Shown one piece after another: positions 8,481 through 16,937 of a stretch of DNA of 29,543 nucleotides. Both the position numbers and the translations under genes were made by a program. The notes below the pieces were generated by a model. The model was not told the DNA's origin. It made no database searches and was given only the letters and a program-made list of their open reading frames with translations. Source of the stretch: Flavobacteriaceae bacterium (lineage in GTDB: Bacteria; Bacteroidota; Bacteroidia; Flavobacteriales; Flavobacteriaceae); the NCBI GenBank assembly GCA_045046885.1, contig JASFYX010000028.1:1-29543 (forward strand). The letters are read 5' to 3'. Each line of letters starts with the position of its first letter. Within the stretch, counting starts at the first letter, position 1.

Positions 8481-11400
8481 AAAAAATTACTCTTTATTCG
8501 CTAATTATAAGCTTGTTTATCTCGAGTCTGTCTTTTGCTCAAACCACAACATCAGATAATTTTGTCTTTCACTACACAAACTCAAGCCTCATTTCTCAAA
8601 GTCTTATAGACGAAATGGAATTTAAATTTGATGCCATTGATAAAACTATTTATGAAGTTTGGAGCAATATTAATCTGCTAAATCGCTCTCAAAAAATAGA
8701 CGTGTATCTTTATGACGCTACAGAGTCTTTTCCATCAGCGCCAAGCGATATACGCAATTGGCATATAGGATATTATTCTACGTCTTCTAATGAGTTACAT
8801 ATAAAAGTACCCACAACTACAAGGCAATTAAAATATTTTCCAAATTTAGAAGCAGCGACTATTTCAATTTTAGCACGGTACATTGTAGATAAAAAGAAAG
8901 GTTCTAAACTGGTTGACGGACGTAGCTTTGCTTTTGGTTTATTTGAGTCGGGCTATTCACCTGATGTCAATCTAATAAATACTTATTTAAGTAATAATAG
9001 CAACACATTCCCCAATGGTTACAACTCTTTTAGTACGTGGGGTCAATTAGACGATGAAACCAATGTACAACTGGCTTACACTTATATGTTTGCCTCAATA
9101 TTTAGGTACGGCTACATACACGCTACAATATATAATGGCGTTTGGTATGGCTATGAAGGAGACCCTGGTGGCGTTTGGTATCAAATCACTAGGATATTTT
9201 TCCTTATAGATATTGCAAATGGTGGCATGAGAAAGTTTGTTGATAGAGACGATTTTGTTATCTATAGCAACAGTCAAGAACAAGCCGATTTATCATTAGA
9301 AGCTTTGCAATGGTATGCAAATAAGTACGATGAATATTATGGTGCAAGAATAAACCACCCGCTATTAGTAGCTATATACGGTTCAAATGAAACATACAGA
9401 TATGCAGAGCGTGGCAACATAGATTATTTAGAAGGAGGCGGCGAAGCGCGAGGACATGAGTTTTTAAGAACCAGTCCTGCCACAGAAAATCTAAATACAG
9501 AAAAGGATAGGGTTTTTACAAAATATTCGGGCATTATTGGCCATGAATTTATGCACAATGTATTTGCGTATTTAGCCGAAACAAGACCCCCAAGCTGGTT
9601 AAACGAAGGTTCTGCCATGTTTGGAGATGTAGGCTATCAAGAAGGCTATAAGGGTATTAATGTCTATAACATGGCAGGAAAACACAACTTTTTTTGGAAT
9701 ACCAACAGTATGTATTTTCCAGATTTAGATAAAATATTTGAAATGGATGGTGATTTTGGTTACAGGATGGGAACCTCTGCTTTCACTTTTATAAAAAATA
9801 GATTCCCAAAAGAGACACTCTTGCGATTTATGAAAAATTCTAATGATTTTTCAATTATTGGGTATGCTAATATTGGAGCGTTTCAATTACATCTGTACGA
9901 AACCTTATATCATAAATATATACCCACTTTTTTATTTAACCCTACTTGGGATTTAAATAGAACTTATACCGCAGGTTCTAATTATACATTTACTTGGGAT
10001 GGACATTATATCAGTAATTTGGTTATAGAATATTCAACAGATGCCAAGCAAAGTTGGATTCCAATAACAGAAGTTACCTTGTCAAGTGGCAGTTATGCTT
10101 GGACCGTACCAAACGCTACAAATTGTATTTTGCGTTTTTCTGATAAAAAACATCCCGAAATTAATTTTACGTATCAAATATTGGGTAACAAACCAACAAT
10201 AGGCGACGTATTTAATATGACTTTTGAAAATGGGGCTATTAACAATATAACCTCAGGAAATAGCGGTACAGGAAAAGATTATGTAAGCTATGTGCCAAGA
10301 AGTGGCAACGGTAATTACGCCAATTTTAATGGCTTGTGGAATGGCATAACTGTTCAGAATTACCCCGATTTAAATCTGAATGAAAATTGGACTATTCAAG
10401 GTGATTTTTTAATAGAAAACACAACAGGAGTTATGAATACAAAGCCTGTTTTATTAGAAAAAATAGCTACCGATTATTGGCATAAAAACTATTCTATTTC
10501 TTTCAACAATAATGGTGCAAACAAACTCCGTTTTGAATATCAATTAGAAAACAATTCAACCGTTTATTTAGATGTTGATGTGGGTATAACTAATAATAAT
10601 TGGTACACATTTTATTTTGCGCGTTCAGTAGAAAATAATCTTGTAGAAGCACGCGTCTATAATCAAAATGGAACCTTAATAGGTAGTAATAGCAGACCCT
10701 TAAATGGCGAAGGGAAAGTAAAAACGGGCAATGGCGGCTTATATTTAGGTAGTGGCGATTTTTCACTTAACGAAACATGCTTACAAGGCGGTCTTGATAA
10801 TATTATAATTTCTGATACTTACTCTGCAAGTCTTCTCTTAAATCAATTTAGCAGTGCACCTATTGTATCAGATATACCCAATCAAACCATAGCAAGTGGT
10901 GGTAGTTTTACCACAATTCAATTAGATGATTTTGTAAATGATCCCGATAATTCTGACAGCGAATTAACTTGGCGTTATACGGGAAATTCCGCGCTTTCTG
11001 TTACAATTGACGCCAATAGAATAGCTACAATTAATACACCAAGTGCAAATTGGAGCGGTCAAGAAACAATTACTTTCACGGCTACAGATCCCGATAATAA
11101 TACAGGAAGTGATGATGTCATATTCTCAGGAGGTGCAACACTTGTACTCCATTTTGATGGTGTTAATGATTACTTGAAACTTAGCAATTTTACTTATCCC
11201 ACAGCAAATATGACAATTGAAGCTTGGATAAAACCAAGTGATATTACTAGCACTCAAGAAATTATTTTTGGCAAAAACCCTTCAAACGGTAGTGCCATAC
11301 AATTTAGAATTAGTAAAGATGGCAGATTGTTATATGGCGAAAACCCTACTTGGGCTTACGTAACAGCCAGTAATTGCATTACACTAAACCAATGGAATCA

Positions 11401-12040
11401 TGTAGCGCTAGTAAAAGAAAATGGCGTGTGTAAATTATATGTAAACGGCATTAAACTAAATGAATATAATGTTAATCAAGGTGTTACGCCAACAAATTTT
11501 AGTATTGGTGGTAGAGCCGAAAATATGGATCGCTTCTTTAAAGGTGAGATGATTGATTTAAGAATATGGAATATTGCACGGTCGCAATCAGAAATACAAG
11601 CAAAAATGTACAATGTTTTAAGTGCCTCAGAAACGGGTTTGTTGGCTTATTGGAAAATGAATGAAGGGAGTGGACAAACAGCCGATAATTTAGTTAATAG
11701 TGGTTTTGGACTTCAATTGGGGTCAACAACTAATACAGATACAAACGACCCAGTTTGGATGCTCTCTACAACACCGGTTAACCAAGAGGTTTTAGGTGTA
11801 TCAGATGTCTATTTAGACAAAGCATTTTTAATGTACCCAAATCCGTCAAAAAACAATCTAAACATCAATTTACCCGAAAAAGTTGATTTATCTATTTACA
11901 CCATAACCGGCCAAAAAATTTTAGAAAAGAAGAATATTAAAAAAGGTCTTATTGATGTTTCAAAACTTAAATCGGGTCTTTATATAGTGCTATTTAAGGG
12001 AGTGAAAGGAACGCTCTCTAAAAAACTCATTATCGAATAA
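8477..12040 (+). CDS. Large (1187 aa) T9SS-secreted zinc metallopeptidase of gluzincin type, carrying LamG (laminin G-like / concanavalin A-like lectin) domains and a C-terminal T9SS sorting domain.
   Basis: - Signal peptide: MKKITLYSLIISLFISSLSFAQ.
- HEXXH at aa 356-360 (HEFMH, nt 9542-9556), followed 16 aa later by NEGSAMFGD (Glu377 as the likely third Zn ligand). This is a thermolysin-like gluzincin arrangement.
- LamG-like segment around aa 880-1080: HFDGVNDYLKL...WNHVALV...LYVNG...GEMIDLRIWN...AYWKMNEGSG.
- An Ig/cadherin-like segment.
- C-terminal 70 aa, FLMYPNPSKNNLNINLP...LSIYTITGQKI...LKSGLYIVLFKG, is a canonical Por-secretion CTD. Confidence 0.85.
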   Translation: MKKITLYSLIISLFISSLSFAQTTTSDNFVFHYTNSSLISQSLIDEMEFKFDAIDKTIYEVWSNINLLNRSQKIDVYLYDATESFPSAPSDIRNWHIGYYSTSSNELHIKVPTTTRQLKYFPNLEAATISILARYIVDKKKGSKLVDGRSFAFGLFESGYSPDVNLINTYLSNNSNTFPNGYNSFSTWGQLDDETNVQLAYTYMFASIFRYGYIHATIYNGVWYGYEGDPGGVWYQITRIFFLIDIANGGMRKFVDRDDFVIYSNSQEQADLSLEALQWYANKYDEYYGARINHPLLVAIYGSNETYRYAERGNIDYLEGGGEARGHEFLRTSPATENLNTEKDRVFTKYSGIIGHEFMHNVFAYLAETRPPSWLNEGSAMFGDVGYQEGYKGINVYNMAGKHNFFWNTNSMYFPDLDKIFEMDGDFGYRMGTSAFTFIKNRFPKETLLRFMKNSNDFSIIGYANIGAFQLHLYETLYHKYIPTFLFNPTWDLNRTYTAGSNYTFTWDGHYISNLVIEYSTDAKQSWIPITEVTLSSGSYAWTVPNATNCILRFSDKKHPEINFTYQILGNKPTIGDVFNMTFENGAINNITSGNSGTGKDYVSYVPRSGNGNYANFNGLWNGITVQNYPDLNLNENWTIQGDFLIENTTGVMNTKPVLLEKIATDYWHKNYSISFNNNGANKLRFEYQLENNSTVYLDVDVGITNNNWYTFYFARSVENNLVEARVYNQNGTLIGSNSRPLNGEGKVKTGNGGLYLGSGDFSLNETCLQGGLDNIIISDTYSASLLLNQFSSAPIVSDIPNQTIASGGSFTTIQLDDFVNDPDNSDSELTWRYTGNSALSVTIDANRIATINTPSANWSGQETITFTATDPDNNTGSDDVIFSGGATLVLHFDGVNDYLKLSNFTYPTANMTIEAWIKPSDITSTQEIIFGKNPSNGSAIQFRISKDGRLLYGENPTWAYVTASNCITLNQWNHVALVKENGVCKLYVNGIKLNEYNVNQGVTPTNFSIGGRAENMDRFFKGEMIDLRIWNIARSQSEIQAKMYNVLSASETGLLAYWKMNEGSGQTADNLVNSGFGLQLGSTTNTDTNDPVWMLSTTPVNQEVLGVSDVYLDKAFLMYPNPSKNNLNINLPEKVDLSIYTITGQKILEKKNIKKGLIDVSKLKSGLYIVLFKGVKGTLSKKLIIE

Positions 12041-12136
12041 ATAAATTTGAAAATATAACACGTGGAGCTTAGAACCCACTTTAAAAAACAAAGCGTATCC
12101 GAAAAGCTATACGAGTAGGACCAAAACAAACACATT

Positions 12137-13342
12137 ATGGGATTATTTGACAGAACAGGTAAAGGCCGCACTTTTGATGGGAAAGAAAGTGAAAGAAAAG
12201 GCTTTATAGACAGAATAATATGGGAAACTGAAAAAGGAGAAATTACCTATAAGTTTCCTTATGATAACCTAACAACAGGAGCCGTTTTAATTGTTCGTGA
12301 ACATCAAAAGGCATTCTTCTTTAAAGATGGGGTGATGTATGATTCTTTCGGACCGGGAAGGCATACCTTAGAAACGGCAAACATACCATTTCTTCATAAA
12401 GCTCTAGACATCGCAACAGGTGGTGACAGCTCATTTATTGCAGAAGTATGGTTTGTAAGTACAGAACTGGCAAAAAGAAATATGCCTTGGGGTATTGGTG
12501 GATTAGAAATTGTGGATCCTTATGTCGGGGTTCTCGTAAAGCTAGGCGCCAGAGGCCAATATGGTTTTAAAATTTCTGATCCAGAAATCTTAATTAAAAA
12601 AATGGTAGGCTCATCTCACACATTTACTACAAATGAACTCTATGAACAATTTGAAGGTGACGTAATAGAAGGGGTGAAGAATGATTTAGCTGATTTTATA
12701 AAAAAGGAAAAATTAAGTATCGGTGATCTTGCTCGCTCACAGAAAGATATTGCAAATCATATAAAACAAAACCTCGATGTCACATTTATGGAGTATGGTG
12801 TTGAACTTCTCAATTTTAATATAAAAGGAATTGAAATTGATAAGAAGGATGAAGCTTACAAAACAGCAATGGAAGGTATTGCAGCAGGTGCTGCAGCAAA
12901 ACGCAGAAGAGAGATACTAGGCGATGCTTACACACAAGAACGTCAATTAGACATTATGGAACAAGCCGCTAAAAATGAAGGTATGGCAGGTGCTGCCATG
13001 GGCGCAGGTATGGGTGCCGGAATGGGCTTAGGCATGGGTAACATGGTAGGTAACATGATGACTAACGTGCAAGGAAATCCACAACAATCAGGAGCGCCAC
13101 AGCCTCCAGGAGCCGTTCCGCCACCCGTAGCCACTATATACACCACGCAAAACGGACAGACCTTAGGACCTTATTCAATACAACAGATAAATGAATTTGT
13201 TACACAAAACACAGTCACAAAAGACTCTCTTGTATGGAAACAAGGCATGCAAAATTGGGTTGCAGCAGCAACATTACCAGAATTACAACCACTGTTTCAG
13301 CAATCAAATACACCGCCTCCTCCACCGCCACCTGTTAAATAG
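12137..13342 (+). CDS. SPFH (Band_7_1-like) domain protein with a Gly/Met-rich low-complexity linker, proline-rich segments and a C-terminal GYF-like domain (DUF4339 / GYF_2 type).
   Basis: - N-terminus: MGLFDR...FIDRIIWE.
- An alpha/beta SPFH-like core with no TM helix.
- GMAGAAMGAGMGAGMGLGMGNMVGNMM repeats.
- PQPPGAVPPPVA.
- GYF-like motif: IYTTQNGQTLGPYSIQQINEFV...SLVWKQGMQNWVAAATLPEL.
- PPPPPPPVK tail. Confidence 0.8.
   Translation: MGLFDRTGKGRTFDGKESERKGFIDRIIWETEKGEITYKFPYDNLTTGAVLIVREHQKAFFFKDGVMYDSFGPGRHTLETANIPFLHKALDIATGGDSSFIAEVWFVSTELAKRNMPWGIGGLEIVDPYVGVLVKLGARGQYGFKISDPEILIKKMVGSSHTFTTNELYEQFEGDVIEGVKNDLADFIKKEKLSIGDLARSQKDIANHIKQNLDVTFMEYGVELLNFNIKGIEIDKKDEAYKTAMEGIAAGAAAKRRREILGDAYTQERQLDIMEQAAKNEGMAGAAMGAGMGAGMGLGMGNMVGNMMTNVQGNPQQSGAPQPPGAVPPPVATIYTTQNGQTLGPYSIQQINEFVTQNTVTKDSLVWKQGMQNWVAAATLPELQPLFQQSNTPPPPPPPVK
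12976..13056 (+). repeat. Imperfect 9-nt tandem repeats (GGTATGGGT-type) encoding the Gly-Met-Gly-Ala low-complexity linker of the SPFH protein.
   Basis: ggtatggcaggtgctgccatgggcgcaggtatgggtgccggaatgggcttaggcatgggtaacatggtaggtaacatg. Confidence 0.55.
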
Positions 13343-13387
13343 GGTGTATCACTAAATATATTTTAAACCTTTTAAAACCAAATAAAA

Positions 13388-14131
13388 ATGAAATATTTAA
13401 ATACAATACTCTTAATAATAGTTCCCAGTGTAACTATTGGTCTTTTCTTTTTGTTAGGAGACCCCTTAGAAACACCTTTATTCTATGTTAATCTAGGATT
13501 CACATGCCTCTTAGAGTTGATTCTTTTCGGCACAATAATAAGAGTTTCTAGCAAACCTCTGTTTAATGTCCCTAATCTGGCAGCATCTATCCAAATAGGT
13601 CGCTATGTCTTTTTAGCAGCAACTATTATGGTTGTTTATAATGTGTTATTTTATATCCTTAAAATTGACATTCACCCCAAATGGTACTTTGGCGCATTAA
13701 TTTTAACAACTCTTATTTACCTTGTCTTTATCATATTTGTCATTCAAGGTGGTAAGGTTCAAATGCAGCAAAGTGCAGATGTTAAAGAAAAAACAATACA
13801 GAGAACCAATTTTAAAGACAATGCCTTAGCTCTAAGTACTGATTATAAGCGCATGGCAATATCAAAAAAAAAGATAGACTATAAACTACTTGAAGAATGC
13901 AAGAAAGCTATCAATCTAATAGGTGATAAAATAAGCATAATTCCAATTGCAAAACTAGAAAGAAACACTGAACTCATTGCCAAAATAAACGATGAAATAA
14001 ATGAACTTCAAATCATCTTAAATCAGATAAAAGAAACCGACGACACAAAAAATAATATCGTGCAAATACAAATTTTGCGAGATAATGCTTACGGTGTGGC
14101 CGATAAAATCAATTTAATTAATCAAATCTAA
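13388..14131 (+). CDS. Integral membrane protein with four predicted N-terminal TM helices and a cytoplasmic coiled-coil C-terminal half. Second gene of the SPFH module.
   Basis: Hydrophobic segments:
- ILLIIVPSVTIGLFFLL
- LGFTCLLELILFGTII
- IQIGRYVFLAATIMVVYNVLFYIL
- WYFGALILTTLIYLVFIIFVIQ
C-terminal half with heptad-like spacing: NDEINELQIILNQIKE. It lies 45 bp downstream of the SPFH gene. Confidence 0.65.
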   Translation: MKYLNTILLIIVPSVTIGLFFLLGDPLETPLFYVNLGFTCLLELILFGTIIRVSSKPLFNVPNLAASIQIGRYVFLAATIMVVYNVLFYILKIDIHPKWYFGALILTTLIYLVFIIFVIQGGKVQMQQSADVKEKTIQRTNFKDNALALSTDYKRMAISKKKIDYKLLEECKKAINLIGDKISIIPIAKLERNTELIAKINDEINELQIILNQIKETDDTKNNIVQIQILRDNAYGVADKINLINQI

Positions 14132-14142
14132 ATTTTATAAAT

Positions 14143-15210
14143 ATGTCTTCAATTCAAATTCAACAAATTAAATGTCCAGAATGTGGTGGACAACTAAACA
14201 GTGTAGGCCCTTTTTCGCCACTAAAGACCTGTGCCTATTGCCATAGTGAATTCCAAGTCACTGGAACTATGGAGAAAGAAATGGAAACACCCGATCGTAT
14301 CATCGTTTTTAAAACAAATAAAGATGATTTTGAAAAAGAAGTGTTAACACTATTAGCCGAAGAAGATTATGCCCCTAACGATATTTTTGAAACTGCTGCT
14401 TTTAAAGATGTAGAAGGTATTTATCTTCCTATGTATTTATTTGAAGGGAAATATGAATGCTCATGGAATTGTTCCGTGGGTTATGCAGAAAATGAAGTGA
14501 GAGCTACCTATGATGGTAAAGGTGTAAAAGATGTTGAGGTTATCAAATACAGACCTCAAAGCGGCACGACAAAAAGTAATTATGCCATTGTATGTGTAGC
14601 TTATGAGGGACAAGAAATAAAACCTGAACTCATTGAATACACACGCTCTTATTTTTATGATAAAAACGCAGCTAAAGCTTTTGATGGAACCGATTTAGAA
14701 GGCTATAACTTTGTACTTCATAACTTAGACAAAGAATTAACTTGGGATAAATACGGAACAAGTTCAATAGAATATCTATCAGAACAAAAAAGTCTTGAAC
14801 AAATACCTGGTGATAATTACAAAGATTTTACCTGTAGCTTAAGCACAGACGAAAAAAATGATGGCAGACTGGTTTTTCTTCCTTTCTGGATGGTATATTA
14901 CGATTATAAAGACGAACATCATTATGCTATTATGGATGGAACTGGTGATTCTGGCATTACAGGAAGTACACCTGTAGATTTAGATAGATACAATGCTGTA
15001 CAAAAATGGCATAAAATTGCTAAATATGTTAAATGGGCTGCTTTTGCATCACTTATTCTTATCTTAAAATCAATATATTTCCCAATAATTGTTTGGGCTG
15101 CATTTGGTGGGTTAAAGGGGTACGCTATTTATAATGAAAAAATGATTTTAAATGCTAATAAAAAAATCAGGGAAGATAAGTTAGCTGAAATACTTGCCAG
15201 TGAAAATTAG
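14143..15210 (+). CDS. Zinc-ribbon protein with a central domain of about 250 aa, unknown function, and a single C-terminal TM helix (tail-anchored topology). Third gene of the SPFH module.
   Basis: - N-terminal zinc ribbon: CPECGG-x13-CAYCH.
- C-terminal TM helix: WAAFASLILILKSIYFPIIVWAAFGGL.
- 11-bp gap after the preceding gene.
- A terminator hairpin lies 158 bp downstream. Confidence 0.7.
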   Translation: MSSIQIQQIKCPECGGQLNSVGPFSPLKTCAYCHSEFQVTGTMEKEMETPDRIIVFKTNKDDFEKEVLTLLAEEDYAPNDIFETAAFKDVEGIYLPMYLFEGKYECSWNCSVGYAENEVRATYDGKGVKDVEVIKYRPQSGTTKSNYAIVCVAYEGQEIKPELIEYTRSYFYDKNAAKAFDGTDLEGYNFVLHNLDKELTWDKYGTSSIEYLSEQKSLEQIPGDNYKDFTCSLSTDEKNDGRLVFLPFWMVYYDYKDEHHYAIMDGTGDSGITGSTPVDLDRYNAVQKWHKIAKYVKWAAFASLILILKSIYFPIIVWAAFGGLKGYAIYNEKMILNANKKIREDKLAEILASEN

Positions 15211-15367
15211 AATAAATTGAGGCCTTAAAAAGCTATTTTAAAAGTACAAGCCAGTGTCTATTTAACTACCATTAGAAAACTATTATTATATATTGAAATA
15301 ATACTGACACCGAATTAGCCCCTTTTTATATGCTAAAACTTGGTATTATATGGTATTTTTAAAAAAT

Positions 15368-15402
15368 AAAAAACCCGTAAACATTTGATTTACGGGTTTT
15401 TA
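15368..15402. terminator. Bidirectional rho-independent terminator (AACCCGTAAA / TTTACGGGTT stem flanked by an A6 run and a T5 run). It serves the plus-strand SPFH operon and the minus-strand tRNA-Ser.
   Basis: The plus strand reads aaaaaacccgtaaacatttgatttacgggttttt, with a perfect 10-bp stem. It lies between the gene ending at 15210 and the tRNA 3' end at 15425. Confidence 0.75.
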
Positions 15403-15424
15403 GTTGGATTTGACAAAATCCTAG

Positions 15425-15509
15425 CGGAGAAAGAGGGATTCGAACCCCCGGAGGTGTGACCCTCAACAGTTTTCAAGACTGCCGCATTCGACCACTCTGC
15501 CATTTCTCC
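15425..15509 (-). tRNA. tRNA-Ser (anticodon UGA), class II tRNA with a long variable arm, 85 nt. CCA is not encoded.
   Basis: The reverse complement is GGAGAAATGGCAGAGTGGTCGAATGCGGCAGTCTTGAAAACTGTTGAGGGTCACACCTCCGGGGGTTCGAATCCCTCTTTCTCCG.
- 7-bp acceptor stem GGAGAAA / TTTCTCC with discriminator G.
- 3-bp D stem with GG.
- anticodon loop CTTGAAA (UGA).
- long variable arm.
- T-loop GGTTCGAATCC. Confidence 0.92.
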
Positions 15510-15644
15510 TTTAGCGTGCGCAAATATAAAACCCTTTTTTGTTTTGCTCAAACATTTTTGTTCTTTTTTTTGATTATAAATGCATAACGAAAAAGACATT
15601 TAATAATTCGAAAAAAAAACTTACTTTGTGAAGCAATATTTAAT

Positions 15645-16898
15645 ATGATTACACATAAATATTTTCCTACAAAGTACACAATTCGCTTTTTAGTCTGGAT
15701 AGTTTTTACCGTTTTTGTAAAACTATTTAGAATTAAAAAAAATATGCCTAATGAAATTAAGCTTCTTAAACCCCCTTATTTACTATTAGGGAATCATGTT
15801 GGCTATTGGGATGCTTTTATTATAGGCCATTTTCTGCCTCATTTTACACATTTTATTTCTTCTGATGCCACTTTTAGACAACCCTTTATGCACTTTTTTT
15901 TAACGCGTTTAGGAACTATTCCTGTAAAAAAGAACACACGCGACACCCAAGTTGTAAGAGATATGATTTCTGTAATTAACCAAGGTGAAAACATAGGTAT
16001 TTTTCCCGAAGCGCTAAGAAGTTGGACCGGAAGTAGTTTTAAGATGGATGCTTCAATAGCAAAATTTATTAAACTTTTAAATGTACCTGTTGTGGTTGCT
16101 ACAGCGAAAGGAATGAGCCTTTTTAATCCCCGTTGGTCTACAAAATTCAGGTTTACAAAAGTAGTAATAGACTATAATTTGGTGTTTACAAAAAATGTAC
16201 TGCAAGACATGTCAAATCAAGATATTTATATAAAATTGAACAAAGCTTTTCATCATGACGAAGTAGCGTATCAGCAAAAGAAAATGAATAAAATACGCTC
16301 TAATCATAAAGCCGAACACATTAGTTACGTCCTTTACCTATGTCCTAATTGTCAATCTATTGATAGTTTTAAAGCCTCCGGAAACACCTTTTCTTGTACG
16401 CACTGTAAGTACGATATTCACATAAATAGTTTTGGCTTTTTTGAACGGATGTCTGATGGAAAATTATTTTTTAGCAATATACGCGATTGGTACTCTTGGG
16501 AAGAAAAATACTTGTTAAATCATGTCAATAAAATGTTTGACAATAAGGAGAACTCTTGTATTTTTGAAGACAGTCATTCAAAATTTTACCGTAGTAATGC
16601 CAAAGGTAAAATGGTTTTTATTGATACCGTAAACCTTAAACTATTTATTGATAGAATTGAAATTGAGCAACTCTCTAAAAGCCGTACGATTACATTTAAT
16701 CTTATCGATTTACAAACTATAAATCCGCAAATTAACGAACGCTTAGAAGTTTATTACGCTGACGAAGCCTATCGATTTGTTGGTAGAGAACCCGGTGTTT
16801 CGGGGCTTAAGTGGGAAGTAGCTGTTAATGCCCTATGGAAAAAAACAGGGCAGACCCATAAATTGTCTGTGTATATCGCGCAAAATCTAGAAGAATAA
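15645..16898 (+). CDS. Lysophospholipid acyltransferase (PlsC / LPLAT family) with a C-terminal extension of about 200 aa containing a CxxC...CxxC zinc ribbon.
   Basis: - HX4D acyltransferase motif: GNHVGYWDAF.
- FPEALRS, equivalent to FPEGTR.
- Zinc ribbon: CPNCQS-x14-CTHCKY.
- N-terminal hydrophobic segment: FLVWIVFTVFVKLF. Confidence 0.75.
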   Translation: MITHKYFPTKYTIRFLVWIVFTVFVKLFRIKKNMPNEIKLLKPPYLLLGNHVGYWDAFIIGHFLPHFTHFISSDATFRQPFMHFFLTRLGTIPVKKNTRDTQVVRDMISVINQGENIGIFPEALRSWTGSSFKMDASIAKFIKLLNVPVVVATAKGMSLFNPRWSTKFRFTKVVIDYNLVFTKNVLQDMSNQDIYIKLNKAFHHDEVAYQQKKMNKIRSNHKAEHISYVLYLCPNCQSIDSFKASGNTFSCTHCKYDIHINSFGFFERMSDGKLFFSNIRDWYSWEEKYLLNHVNKMFDNKENSCIFEDSHSKFYRSNAKGKMVFIDTVNLKLFIDRIEIEQLSKSRTITFNLIDLQTINPQINERLEVYYADEAYRFVGREPGVSGLKWEVAVNALWKKTGQTHKLSVYIAQNLEE

Positions 16899-16937
16899 AA
16901 CTCGGAATACAGATTTTACCTTTCACTCTAAAAAATT

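Noticed and set aside
12041-12136. Possible Bacteroidetes-type promoter (TAnnTTTG -7 element) in TAAATTTG immediately after the protease stop, upstream of the SPFH gene
   Set aside because: TAAATTTG does match TAnnTTTG, but I could not find a convincing -33 TTTG at the right spacing. The call is too weak to report as a feature.
15390-15599. 69-aa minus-strand ORF (MSFSLCIYNQ...)
   Set aside because: It lies entirely over the tRNA-Ser gene and its promoter region. The tRNA cloverleaf explains the sequence, so the ORF is spurious.
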